From Phoronis australis (Eukaryota > Animalia > Phoronida): a DNA stretch of 64,000 nucleotides. Below are positions 1-12,548 of the stretch, piece by piece (positions within the stretch are counted from its first letter, which is position 1; each line of letters opens with the position of its first letter). The stretch is from NCBI GenBank assembly GCA_002633005.1, contig NMRA01000254.1, positions 305,021 through 369,020 on the forward strand, read 5' to 3'. The position numbers were made by a program, and so were the translations under genes. The notes under the pieces were generated by a model. It saw nothing but the letters and a program-made list of their open reading frames with translations, did not search any database and was not told the origin of the DNA.

Positions 1-659
1 CTGAGATATCGGGATACGAATTTAGCCAATTTTGACAGTTTCAAAAATCCCTAAAAGTACTCATCTTATGCGGCTCTAAAAATAGACAAAAATTATTGAA
101 ATCTTTTAAATTTTCATGAATAAAGTAGTCGAAGGTGACACCTGATCAATAACACAGGTTCAATATTTCAACGTTACTTCCACTGCGTAACGTAACTGTC
201 GGAATTTTACTAAAATTTAACTACCGCCAGGCTGAAAACTTGTCGGAAACAAATAGTATCCATGGAAACCAAAAGGGGGCGTTTTGAAAAAAAATAAAGT
301 TGGTCTGGAGTCAGTGGGGCCAATGTCATCTCACAAACAAAATATAAAGAGAATCTGTGACATAGCGTTTATCACCCTCTGCCTGGTCTATTCGCGAACA
401 TGCTCTTAAATACCCGTGACTGCGTGTGGGAAGTTGCGATTGAGTGCTCTGAAGTCGATATTTTTAAAGTACAATTACACCACTGTTTAAGGTTGCAAAG
501 TGAGTTTTTTGATATCCTTCTATAGAAAAAGCTTAAATCTCTCTGATGAAATCATCTGTTTCCTTTTAAACGAAACTTAAGTCCTGAAATTAGACCGGGG
601 AAGGAGGCCAAAAACGGCGGTTTAGCTAGTTGTCCCTTCCTGGTTATCTCTTCCTGGTT

Positions 660-3465
660 ATAGCTATAAAAGACTGATATGACGTTTCGTCCCAGCTCGC
701 CTAATCAACCGTCTGCGAAACTTTTCTAGGTCATGTCGTTTGACCTTCATGCTTGGGAAGCGCGTTTTAATATTCATTATGTTGTTAAAGCGACTATAAA
801 CTTCGTACTGTATCGTGTGACTGGCAAAGTACGAGGTGGTGTCACACCTGATCAGAGCATGAAAAACCAACAAGGATGTTGCCGAATCTCTTGGTAGTTT
901 GTTGAAAACTGCTTCAATACATTTAGGTATATATCGTCGTTTCCTTGATGTAACCGACATCACCCAGATATGTTCGCATTGCATTTGTTGGAAGTGTGAT
1001 ACCAGAAGGAGTAGAATATTAGGGTCCCTGGAAGAAATGACCACTGTATTAAACTAGCTGTGGACAGCCTGCAGTACCAATCTTGATTCTTCATGTGTGG
1101 ATTTCAGAGCTGACCTCAACTCAGTAGTATCTTTAGGTGACTTGTCTTCCAGCTCGCCTTTGAACCCTCCAGCAACTAGATGTATAACCTCTTTATCTTC
1201 AGGTGCCTGCACACACAATTTCTCTGACAAGAAATGTGCTAGGTCTGTTTTTCTCAACCAGTCCCAGAAAATTTAAGCAAATTTAATGAAGCGTTACGTC
1301 ACGATTTTCCACAAGTCGCCCGATTGGCCGTGTTCCTTTACTGTGCTGTTTTATGGTTGTGTCCTTGATTGTTTCTTCTCTGGATCTTTCAAATACATTA
1401 TCAATTTTATGATATCGGGATCCTGTGGTTAGCACCGTTTTTACGAATCAGCCAGGTCTTCAAAGATCAACATCAGGCTTCCCAAGAGTGATCAGTAGTG
1501 CTTAACCACCAATAATAAAGCAAGAGGACCTGTTAGGAAGAAGAATTGTTTCAGGACTGCTACTACTTCAGCAAGTAACCATTTATTTCGAGTGCGCAAT
1601 TTATTTGCTACTCGTTACAGCACGGGAAGTGGGGACCGGAAAAAGCTCTTGTTTGAGCGCAGACGGCAAATCAACTGGCCGACTAGCCTCATAAGGCGTA
1701 ATTAGACGGCGAAGGACATCCCAGTCTGCCCCATGAAATATCTTCTTGTCTATGTCTATGTTTTTGGTTTATTTCACCACATCATATAAGGTGGCATATG
1801 CCAGGCTATTATGTTTGCGCATAGGCACATGAATTCACACTTCTGCCTTATCGCATTGCTCAGAGATGATTAATCTGTCTTGAACACATTTCTTAATTTG
1901 CCGTGCGAACGAGAAGACCTGGGCAGTGGAAGGACGAGACCTCTGTCATAACTGTCTCTAAGGTGTCTCGCTTTCGTGGCTTCGCTGTGAAGTTGTGTAC
2001 TCCAACAGTGCAGACCATACAATCGTTAAGTTTGTTCAATTATACGAGATCCCCGATTATTGGAGAGTATCCACCTGCATAGTGCTGACATCGTTTTGGT
2101 ATTATCGATGATGCCACTGCCTTACTGTCCCATTTACTCATTCCACTGCTTGGTTAGCATCTACCTGACAGAACTTATGAGGAGATGTCTCGAATACAAA
2201 ATTTCATGCTTGAAACTCTGGCCAAACAAACTTTGGAAGCTGATTCACCTCGGCTAAATAGAGCGGACCACGTCAATTCAGGTTGTCACACTTCTTGTAG
2301 TTGCAGTTCCCAAATGTTATCTCGTTGAGTGCGAGTGCACTGTAACAATGTCGCAACCATGTCCAGAAGCTGAATTTACGTTATCAGATCTATACTTTTG
2401 ACAGAATCACCCAGGGAATTAATAGTCATATCCTGGTTGAGAAATGTTTCTGTGGATCATCATCTGCATGCATACTGATAATGCTAGCGTGACAGTCCTC
2501 GTCCGCTTCTGCAATAAACGAGAGAAGTCTTAGCACCAGGAGACGCCACAGACTTGTAGAGACAGTTTGTGTGCCCTCCTAGCTTTGTTGTACGATTTTC
2601 CACCGAGGACCAGTGTCCACAGTGCGTTAGCCAAGTAGTCCACCCTTAATCCACACCTCAGCTAACCCAGAACCCCTCATGTGATCTCCAATGGCCTTGA
2701 TGAAATTCATCGATACGTGACGGCCCCCTATAAAGCGAGGTATTTTAATACTTAGTTAAAACTTATTGGAACCGGCCACTTAAGCTCCATTTGTCTGCAG
2801 TGACTGTGAGGGTGGTATGTCTCTGCCCAAAATGGGACGTTATGGTCATACATCCCTTTATATCAGCATCTTAAATCAAGTTGTTATGTCAACGATACTT
2901 TTATGACCCATCTAAATAGTGAGATGTTTGCAAAAAGCATCGATAATTCAGATTTTTAATTTCAATTTTCAGACTTTATTAATGAGCATTTATAACATAG
3001 TGAAGATGAAATAAAAAGCTTAACATGTGTCATAATGATTTTCCAGACCTTCAAAACATACCTGTAGGTATAGACACATTATTTGTCATGTGTACCTGTA
3101 AATTGTTTAAGTTATACCAAAATTTGGAATTTTCGGTGATGGCGGAAGTTAATTAGCATAAGTAGGGAACTTTATGATTTTCATTAACAAAATTAAATGA
3201 TCTAAACACACTTATACTATGGTTTTTGTAGAAACAATTTCCTAATGATACATCGTACTTCTGGTCCCAAGAATGTTTCTATCTTGTTAGTTTGGCGGCC
3301 ATTTTGTTTATGCAAATTAGATGGTCAAAAACTCAAAATCCAGCTTGGTAACATGCATAATCGACATCAGCATACATGAACCATGATTATGCTAAAAAAT
3401 AGGCCCCCCACTTTTACTACAAAATGACTCCAGCGTGCACATTTTCCAGAAATGCTTCTAGACTA
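660..3465 (-). mobile_element. Decayed Academ (AcademX-type) DNA transposon
   Basis: Broken minus-strand frames give XPG/FEN-like motifs (STHEE..RLVL.A, SRDPNILLLL, FHALIRCDTTS at 664-1257) and transposase-like segments (GGRHVSMNFIKAIGDHMRGSGL, GGKSYNKARRAHKL at ~2560-2730; HKFCQVDANQAVE, ALCRW at ~2060-2175). The right end reads TAGTC on the minus strand at 3465. Left boundary is approximate. Confidence 0.7.
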
Positions 3466-3559
3466 ATCCGAGAACCGACAAAGCCACGTAGAGACAATGA
3501 AGTGGCACTTATTTGCACATGTGAAATATTTCCAGTCATACCAAGGTTTCTCAAGCAAT

Positions 3560-3812
3560 ATATATTTCAGTTGTATCCGTAATGTACGACCAAGGTTATT
3601 CTTTGAACCGTTCTTCGGTTTTATCAATTTGCAACAGGTGGTGTAACCGTAGGTTTTGTGCTCAGTCAAAATCGAAAACTTAATTTCTGTCGAAGAAGTT
3701 AAGACCGAAGACCAAAGTATGATTTTGTGTTCATAAAACAGTCTTTTCTGAATTTTTAACTTCGGTGTCAACTTAGACAACCTTTTTGTTTTTAAATCTT
3801 AAGTGAGTTTTC
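3560..3812. repeat. Fragment of interspersed MITE-like family A
   Basis: Shares 'aagttaagaccgaagaccaaa...ttttctgaat...ttcggt.tcaactt.gacaa' with 5750-5850 and 10040-10160. Confidence 0.6.
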
Positions 3813-3974
3813 AGGAAGATTTCTCTGTATTAACTTACATCAAAATCTTCCCGCCACGCATTTGGGGTTTCAGACAGCTAATATGATCTTACTAAAAATT
3901 AAGTACTTTTTGAATCAAACAGTTGAGTATTATTGAATTTTGAAGACACATTAGCTTGTTCTAAGTTGCCACCA

Positions 3975-4810
3975 CAGGATGTAATGGGTGGAAGACGTGT
4001 GGTCACTTAACAGTCAATTGCAGTGGCGGAACACAACAGATCAGAAGACGAGAACGATTTTCACCTTGAACTGGACAACTATTATGCAACCATAGAGAAG
4101 ATTGGATACGGATAAGAAGAATCACGCAATGAACTCTATTTCCAAATTGGCGGACTTTCGCCGGGCTTGGAAGCAGTATGGACTCGACCGTCCTGCACGG
4201 GAAGTGCCGCAGCCAAGTTCAGCGGAATCCCCCACCCCTCTCATAAATTCACAAAATAGACACTTAGTAATCATTGAAAAAGGCCACAGTAAGTCCGACT
4301 CACTCGTATTCACTAATGCCATGACGGAATGAGCACCGTCTAAACAGAATGCATACGCGTACATGTACGTGTCGTAGCACTAGATCTGGGCTGGGGATGA
4401 GGGTCTGCCATCACTCGCCTTAGAATGGAACCAGTTCGTTCGTTATTTATAAAATTTGCAAATACACTTACAATTTGACGAGCACTTCATCGTAATGTCG
4501 TTTCTGTGTTTGGTCAAAATGCGATTCCTTGAAATACGCCAAACAAAGGGTGGCTCCCGAACGGATTGCATGTTCCAAACTGACATTCTTCGTACAGCGC
4601 TCAAAGCGATGCCATTTCTCTACAACTTTCACTTCCTTCGGAAATTTGAACACAGAGATGTTTTCTGTCAAACTGATATTAATACCGCCTCCACAAGCTT
4701 ACCTTTATTTAATGTCTAAAGAAGGCGGCTCTCGGTGGACTTTACTCACAACTTCTCTGTATCACACTGCTAAAAACAACGGTGGAGACGGTCTTCCACC
4801 CATGACGTAC
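3975..4810 (-). mobile_element. Old Kolobok-like relic with THAP-domain remnant
   Basis: Minus ORF 4468-4671 reads ISVFKFPK...KW...LC.AYF.E.HF (THAP pattern). Inverted subterminal motif atgggtggaagac (~3986) / gtcttccacccatg (~4790). Termini not resolved. Confidence 0.5.
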
Positions 4811-4899
4811 ATTCCCGTTATCAGATTTTTTTAATTTTCAGCTACACTAAAGGTTATTAAACTGCATTAATATAAGTCTTTTTCAGACACTACGGTCGG

Positions 4900-5850
4900 G
4901 TTGCGAACTCTATAAGACCAAAATGTCTTAGCCCCGTTTCATGAAATTTATCATTTGCATAATTATGACCAAAATTAGCTTAAGGTTAGACTGAAAGGTA
5001 GCCTGTTATGGAGTAAGCTTAAAAAATTCGGTCTAGTGAGTATCAACTGTACAGGAACAAATTTTGCTTATGTTTTTCACTATCTAATGTTCCTAAATAA
5101 TAATTGGAGATTGTCTGCTTTTGAATGGAGTACCGGCAAAGCGGCGTGGACTCGTACAGTGTAGATCCTCCACAGTGCAATTTAAAGTACTTGCACCTGA
5201 CACATAGGCCGATTTAGGGGGGAGGGGGGGGCAGGGGGCACGGGTCCCCCCTTGGCTGCCGTAAGCATAAATGGAACAGCAACAACATGCGTGAAGCGAC
5301 GAAATATTGAGTAAGCAACTAGGACGCGGAGAAGGGGATGTCCCAGATCGCGGCGTTCCCGTTTTTTTTTAGTCCACCGGTAAGTTTTCTAACAGATGGT
5401 TCACACACCCGGCTCCCGCAACTTCGGGCCTGAGCTACACATACAATCGCACTTTGCCCGATTCCCCGAGACAACATGTTGCACCCCCCGTATGGTATCC
5501 TAGATCCGCCACTGTGACCAAAGATATTCTCCAACCATAGGCTATCAGAATCTGCACACGTAAATGAAATCCTAATTTTATCCATCATGTTTTATATAAA
5601 TCCCCATTTAGCGGTTTCAAGGCCAAGGTGATTCTTGAAACCGTATTTCACCAACCGCCTCGCTTAGTTTTGTAAACTTGCAACAGTTGGCGGAAGCGTA
5701 GTGTGTATGCTCACCTACATGTATGTCTAAAACCGACTTTATGTCTGTCCAAGTTAAGACCGAAGACTAAAAGCAGACTTTGTATTCATGAAACGGTATT
5801 TTCTGAATGTTCATTTTCGGTCTTAACTTGGACAAATTTTTAGCCTTGAG
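4900..5850. repeat. MITE-like family A copy, interrupted by a GC-rich MITE
   Basis: ctataagaccaaaatg.cttagcc.cgtttcatgaaatt at ~4910 matches ~9549; the 3' part matches 10040-10150. Confidence 0.6.
5203..5514. mobile_element. GC-rich MITE (CAGTGGCGGATC-type end, hAT-like)
   Basis: Ends cataggccgatttaggg / cctagatccgccactg are imperfect inverted repeats with G/C runs; related ends at 26634-26782 and ~58620-58733. Confidence 0.5.
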
Positions 5851-6001
5851 TTGCAAAAGCTTTTATACGGATGCTTACAACCCGACAATTGTCCTCCAAT
5901 ACCTTTGAAAAACGACAAAGCGTGGCTAATTGAGTAAGCTTAGCCGTAGAATTGCCCAGAAATAAACTGTTTGTAACATCGTCTTGCCTTTGGTATTTCA
6001 G

Positions 6002-6109
6002 GGTGCGTTTTCTATGGATTTATTTCATTTATGTTCAGTATGGTCAGTATGATGACCCTGTTCACCATCAGCCTCACGAGATACCTTGTCGTCTGCCACC
6101 GTCAAGAAG
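6002..6109 (+). CDS. Opsin internal exon (TM3)
   Basis: tttcAG...GTgcgt; encodes (G)CVFYGFISFMFSMVSMMTLFTISLTRYLVVCHRQE; phase 1 joins in frame to 8904. Confidence 0.88.
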
Positions 6110-6462
6110 GTGCGTATACTAACAATGTGTTATGAAAAATCGACAGCTTAGTCCGGGTGTTCCATCGAAACAGGAACCTCTGTGCAAAAATATATCCCCG
6201 ACTCGAAAACAGACTCCTTCACCTTTAAAACAGCTAACCAGCCCAAAAAAGGCGAACCCTGGTCTTTAAAGCAGGAACCCGGGGATGGGACAGGACACCC
6301 GGAGACCAAAACACCGCTCTCGTACTCTCTGTCAAACATTGTTTGATGAAAAAAATCTTCCTAGTTTAAATAGCTGTTGACTGTTTGAACAAAATTTGCG
6401 TTTTACGTTATTCTGCTGCTAAGGTGTGGTGCAATCTTATGCATCGTCTTTCGGCACCATGA

Positions 6463-6560
6463 AATATTGCGTCACCTATTGGCCAGTTTCTTTTTCCCCT
6501 ATTTTCTTTAATCAACTGTTTTTTTTCCACGAGGTTTCTCACGTCACAATAAATTAATCA
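6463..6560. repeat. Interspersed repeat fragment
   Basis: aaatattgcgtca.ctattggccagtttcttttt...aatcaactgtt recurs at ~17963-18060. Confidence 0.55.
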
Positions 6561-7344
6561 ACAACTGCACTCCAAAGTCGAAATAATATTATTTTTATTT
6601 TTGAAATTAGTTTTTGGATAAACTACTGTATAATTTGAAATTATTAAATATTTACAGACATAACAACGTGTTGAGAGTATAAATTATGTTGAGATTCTCA
6701 CAAAGACAAAATGTACGAGTTTTACCTATAAAAATCAAATTACGTAGTTAATATAAGTGCCAACATACTGTTACCTGAGCTGTATGTTGGCACTTGTTTT
6801 CCAAAATTGTTGTAAATATGATCCTGATGATGTCTAATGAAAAGACGAAACGTTGAATTGAACATGAACTTGTGCGGCGATCGTCCAGTTTTTGGTTTAG
6901 TTGCAACAGCTGGCTACGTGCATAGAATATAGGGTTTTGGGAACATCGACCTCGGGAAACATCGGAACAGGAAAATTTCAGTTCTGGGTTATATCGGTCC
7001 CGAGGAATATCGTAAAGCATCGGGTCTTTAATAACGGCAGGGAGTCACATTTCAAATAAACCACTGGCACCCGGGTGCTTAACATATCCGGTATACTCTT
7101 TCATTTAGGACTGTCGCTGTTCTCTTTTGATGTGCAGCTTTGAAGTGGTGTGCACTCACGCGTGAGTTCACGCACTTGAATCGCTGGAGTAGGCCTACAC
7201 TTAACGTTGGTAACAACGAGTGAAAGACAAATCATATTTCGCGCACGTAGCCCCAGAAACAACTAAAGGGGTTTGAGAATTTCTTGCCAACTGAAAGTAA
7301 AGACGTGGCCGTCGTTTGGCGATTAATAGGGTTGTCATTTTCAC

Positions 7345-7550
7345 TTTGGCTGTCTTATGCGATAAAAAACGAGACGCACATCTCTAAGTCACCATTGTCT
7401 GCCGGGACCTCTTGCGCGCGAACAACGAGACCGAGTGCGCGATCAGATATCAGGGATATTGTCATGTATACTGTATGTGGTACATGTAATAAGGACATCT
7501 TACGCGAAAAATAAACATATTTGTCCACCACAAAGTTTGGTAAGTAGAAA
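7345..7550. repeat. Unclassified interspersed repeat
   Basis: Reverse-complement similarity to ~43185-43399 (ccaccacaaagtttggtaag / cttaccaaacttcgtggtgg; both yield an AD-N-x-DLEM peptide). Confidence 0.55.
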
Positions 7551-8903
7551 CACCACTGTTTTGTGACGTTTAATTTTGTCGCGTTATGCAGTGGCTCGAA
7601 ACTTTCTTCGGCGAATTCGGAAATTTGAAAGTGTCCGAAAATGTTATGAAAAGCGTCAAAGATCGATTCTGCATATCCCATGTTCACGTGCCCTTGCTTA
7701 CAAGTCATCGGAAGGGCTGTTCTCGGTTAGTGTTTTTTTAACTTGGATTTGGTAACAACCAAATAGCGGTCGGATTAACAAGACTTGCTTTATATTTGCC
7801 CGATATCTGCCTAGAAACATAAAAACTCACGCATACGTTGGAAATTCTAGTTCGTATTTTGCGAGTTGATACGAGCTGACAAAAATCTCAGCTCGCATTT
7901 CCAAATTTCAGGTCGCAAATGCTACCTGCAGCTCGTTATGTCGAGCCCTGTAGGGTCTCCGTTTTTGTATCTTACTGTAGGTCGTCTAAACTCACTTGAG
8001 AACGTGCACTTAATCATCCATACATGTATTTCGAAAAATCAAGAAATTTTTTAGTTCAATAAGACAAATTTGCGAATACAAAACTATATTTTCCCACTAA
8101 ATGGAACTTGTAAAGTTTTATAAACATTGGGTCTAGGTTGCGCGCGCAAACGTTTCGTTTTTTGGATATAACAAAGCCATTTTTGCCAGGTCTAATTTAT
8201 AACATTGGCAGTACTTGTTTGGGTCAACTGGAAACATTTGAGGGAAACCAATACGATGCCTTCACCCCTTGGTCTGTCGAAAGGGTTGAGCTGGGTGGCA
8301 ATTAAACAATTTTAGGCATTCACTGGGCGATCGATGATGCAATAACGGGGACACATACACGATTTCCGAATGGGAGATGATAAATCCCCAAAAGGGTATG
8401 CCGGTGACTCTATCTTTTAGATCGTGCCTTACGGCGTGAGGGGGTTCCTCTAGGTCTCCACTCACTAGCCACTGACCAATTACTAAGCTTGAGAAAACAT
8501 TTGAATCCATGCGATGGCCATTGGGATACGTTTTAAGTCAATGTGATGAAGGCGATCCAGTTTTAGAAATATGTTTAATGTTAAGTATTTAAAAATACTG
8601 GCATTTTTTCTTAGTGGTAACTACTTAGAAATGTGCCAGCATATAATTTTGTTGACTTCTGAAACCAGTTGTTGATTCTGAGCTCGAGCATTTACATGTA
8701 CGAGCTGCCAATTCTACACAGGCCCAAGATAACTCGTTATCTGAGTAGTGGAACGCGTTGAGATCGATTTTCTAATGGTTGGTGCCAGAGGGCAGGTAGT
8801 TGTACGTCGTAATTTAAAAGAAATCAGGGTATTATGACATGGAAATTGTAATCGCGCAAGTAAAGCGAGCAACTAATGACTTTCCATCTTCTCTTCCACA
8901 CAG

Positions 8904-9235
8904 TTTCTGCTAAGGTTGTGAACAAGAGGAGCACCGCGTCTTTGATCGTGCTCATCTACATGTACGCCATCTTTTGGACAGTCTGTCCATTGATGGGCTG
9001 GGCCCATTATGACGTGGAACCATTCGGTTACAGTTGCACCATACAATGGATCAACGGCAGTAAGTCGTACGTGGCTTTCGTCACCGTGTTCTGCTGTTTC
9101 GGGCCTATGCTGGGAATGGTGTTCTTTTACATGAGAATAAGCTGGTTCGTGTACATCAACTCGGAGAAGATAGAGCAAAGGCTAACTAGAGCAAACAAGA
9201 AGTCGAAAACCTCGAAGTCAATCCATACGACTAGG
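8904..9235 (+). CDS. Opsin internal exon (TM4-ECL2-TM5-ICL3)
   Basis: cacacAG...GTgagt; FWTVCPLMGWAHYDVEPFGYSCTIQW carries E181 and C187 equivalents; phase 0 donor. Confidence 0.93.
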
Positions 9236-9492
9236 GTGAGTTGAGGCGTACCGACTAGAGAAATCAACAGCTGCAGGCCCACAAAATTCACAAATGTTGT
9301 ACATACCATGCGCGGTTGGCACGAGATTTATTAAACAATTTCATTCGCCCGTTGTTTAGGAATACAGTACGGAATTTTAACAACGTCTCTCTTAAATAAA
9401 CATGACACTTCAGTATTTGCTGAGCTCGTTCACAAATGCATATATGTATTATTCAGGCATCTTTCAGTAGTACGAATATTTTTGTATTCTCC

Positions 9493-10174
9493 AGGGTCCC
9501 GTTTAATGAAACATTTTCTGGCTCAACTTTGACCAAAATCAGGTTAACCTATAAGACCAAAATGCCTTAGCCACGTTTCATGAAATTCTTAAGACCAAAA
9601 TTAAGACTTAATAGCCTAAATATTGGACTTAAATGTATGGCCTAAATGACTAAAACGTTGTGTTGATATTTTCGCAATCTTTTACGATTTAATGTCCCTT
9701 AACAATGTCAGATTGAAGATCATCTGTTTTCATTCCGAGAAACGGTAAACCACCCTCGAGACTATGAGTGCACGTTTGAAATGACATTTTCCAGCCATGC
9801 CAGGGTGATCCAAATTGAATCCAAAATGTTGTAAACAGATGTCTTTCAAATTTTCAAGACCCAATATTCCTGAAACCATATTTCACCGAACAAAGCCTCG
9901 CTCAGTGCTATGAATTCGTAGCAGGTAGCGAAAGCACACGTATATGTTTTTTATGTAGAACGGAATATAGATATTTAACAACAACAGGTGTCGTGTATTC
10001 AACCAATTTTTCATAACTACGTAGAAAACCGAACAAATTTCTGTCTAAGTTAAGACCGAAGACCAAAAGCTGGCTTTGTAGTCCCGAAGCAATAATTTCT
10101 GAATTTTTGTCAGAATTTCGGTCTTCACTTAGGCAAATTTTTTAAGTCTTAAGTAACTTTTCATGTAACAGTCC
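9493..10174. mobile_element. MITE family A, most complete copy (Harbinger-like), in last opsin intron
   Basis: Imperfect TIRs gggtcccgtttaatgaaa / tttcatgtaacagtcct; internal similarity to the 3560-3812 and 4900-5850 copies. Confidence 0.55.
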
Positions 10175-10203
10175 TTTATCACTGTATGGAACGTTAATTT
10201 CAG

Positions 10204-10593
10204 ATTGGTCTAATGCTATGCTCCGGTTACTTCATCGCATGGCTGCCCTATGCTATCGTGAGCTACATCGCAACATTTGGCGACCCAAGCAGCATTCCTA
10301 TACGTGCTACGGTAGTTCCGGTGCTTCTTGCAAAAACCTCCATGGGATACAACCCAGTTGTTTACTCTCTAACTAGTAAGTCATTTCGTGCCGAAATCGC
10401 CAAGCTTTTCAGAAAGATATTTAGGCTGCAGGAACCTAAACGAAAGGAATCGGTATCTGCGACAGCAGTGAGCACGGTATCGAAGGCGGGAAATCGTGCT
10501 GGACCAAGCACGTCTAAGGTTGTACCATCGCAAGGCACTGATGAAATAACAGAGGTGGGCGAAGGCAACCCCAACAACGAAACAGCCTTTTAG
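10204..10593 (+). CDS. Opsin terminal exon (TM6-TM7, C-tail)
   Basis: tttcAG; phase 0; AWLPYA, LLAKTSMGYNPVVY (retinal-binding Lys296 plus NPxxY), Ser/Thr-rich tail, TAG stop. Confidence 0.95.
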   Translation: MGLMLCSGYFIAWLPYAIVSYIATFGDPSSIPIRATVVPVLLAKTSMGYNPVVYSLTSKSFRAEIAKLFRKIFRLQEPKRKESVSATAVSTVSKAGNRAGPSTSKVVPSQGTDEITEVGEGNPNNETAF

Positions 10594-10834
10594 ATTTGTG
10601 CAAACCATCGCGATTGGCGAGTTATGGGCAAGAAGGACACAGCTCGCTTCAGTCTGAACATAGAAGCCATTTTGCGGACGCACCAGCACAAGTCAGTGAT
10701 TAAATGACGGAGGTGGACGGTGGCAGCTCCAACAATGAAACAGACTTTTAGATTTGTGCAAACCGTCGCGATTAGCGAGTTGCGGGAAATAAGCACACTG
10801 CTCGCTTCAATCTGAACTCAGAGACCATTTTGCG
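10530..10834 (+). repeat. Diverged 158-bp tandem duplication spanning the opsin stop codon
   Basis: gaaacag.cttttagatttgtgcaaacc.tcgcgatt occurs twice, with the TAG at 10591 and at 10749. Confidence 0.85.
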
Positions 10835-11316
10835 TAAATAATTTCAGAAAACCAACTGTGCTCTTTTAAGTTTAATGTTATGAACATCTAAAATAATTTC
10901 GGTTAACATAAAAAAATTCTGTAAATTGCAAAGTTGTAAGGCCAATCTAACGTTTTTTTTGCTTGAAAATAGATAGCACAATCTGTGAAACATATTGTGC
11001 CTGTCGTGCTGCATTATGGCGGACGCCACCACGTCCGTGTGTCCAGGAGTCTGTTTAATGGAAAGTGGCTGAAGACTTGGGCAATTCTACAGTCCCTGAG
11101 AATAGACCGTACGCATAACGTCTATTTACTGTAAATGATGCGCTCATAATTACATGAACTTTTTATTGAGCTTTCGTGAAGTGAGAGAGTAAGACCGAAT
11201 TTTTGTCTTAAGTCATCAATCAATTTCATGAAAATTTCAAGAAATTGTAAAATACAACAACAAGAATGGATCAACTGAAATTTGAAATTTTCGGATGTAA
11301 TAACTTCCTTTGTCAA

Positions 11317-11600
11317 CACTATATTAGCACAAATTTCTGTTTTTGTTGACAAAAGAAGTAATTACATCCGAAAATTTCAAATTTCAGTTGATCCATTCTT
11401 GTTGTTTTATTTACCGATTTATATTCTACATTTCATGAAACAATAGTATCCTTGGGAGGATCTGGATCGCTTATTTAGTTTCAGATTTATTTTCTACGTT
11501 AAGAAATTGTAGAAATGGTACAATTTGGTAACAGCTTACCTTCGACAGAGCTTTTCTTCCACCCGATAATTCCATAGCACTAATTTGTGCTAATATAGTG
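11317..11600. mobile_element. CACTA-ended MITE (EnSpm/CMC-like)
   Basis: Perfect 19-bp TIRs CACTATATTAGCACAAATT / AATTTGTGCTAATATAGTG; internal part recurs inverted at ~18232-18325. Confidence 0.7.
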
Positions 11601-12548
11601 TAACTTCGTATGATGCACGAGCACTTCAGAGTCAAAAAGTCATGTGATTAATAGGTGACAAGATAATGTGACATCAAAGGAGACTTCTGTCGTGTGCGAG
11701 CCACGACATAGTTTGTACAAAACTACTGTATAGCAACTAAAATATATCGCTGAGCAATAATTGCTACTGTGCACACGTTTCAGTTTTTAGCGAAACTGTA
11801 AAACCAATACAGAGATTGTCTTGAAAGCAAAAAAACACAAAATACAGTTATAGCTTTGCAATATTTAGACGGAAACTTTGGTTTGGCCTGTTAACGAAAT
11901 TGTAGGAAATCAAGGGGCATATTCCTCCTTCAGGAAAACTTTCGTTGTAGTTGCAATTGACTTATATAGGCCAAGGTGTCGCTATACACGTCAAACAAAA
12001 CACGTGACACACACAGTTTTTCCCTTAAATTCTTTGGTAAAATGTCATGTCGCTGCTTCCGCAAATTTCTGTGCTATTTAATGTGTCACGATTTTTACCC
12101 CCGCTAGCCGAGCGCGGTTCTAGGCTTGGGCCGAAACGTAGTTTTAGAGAAAGGAGAATTTTTCGGAAATTGAGTGTGGTAGCCCGAATTTTGGTGTATC
12201 TCCGAAATACAAGATCGAAAAAATGTAACAGCTTTGGGTTCATTACATTGTTTGTTTCCTTCAGCAGAAGTAACTGTTAACATGTTTGTCATCATTTTAC
12301 TGCAGGGAGCAAATGAAGCATTGCTCAGGCCGACTTATAGGGTAAATTTATCCTCTTAGCTCCCTATAAATCCGACATTGGGTAACAATTCTGCTCGAGG
12401 CCTGCCCGAGGGATCGGTCTCTGTTTTTTCATACAACCACTGTTTGTTCCTATCCTCTGAGTTCTTTCGTCAGCTACGTTGGCATGTTTTTGTTTCCTGC
12501 AATGATTTATAGTTCCCCCGGTTATAGTTCCTCTGCTTACGAGGCCTG

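Noticed and set aside
1-390. Possible second Academ-like terminus ending in CTA at 390
   Set aside because: Partner TIR not in the window and no match to the 3465 end.
10591-10751. Stop-codon readthrough into the duplicated opsin C-terminus
   Set aside because: The 158-bp period is out of frame and an in-frame TGA intervenes.
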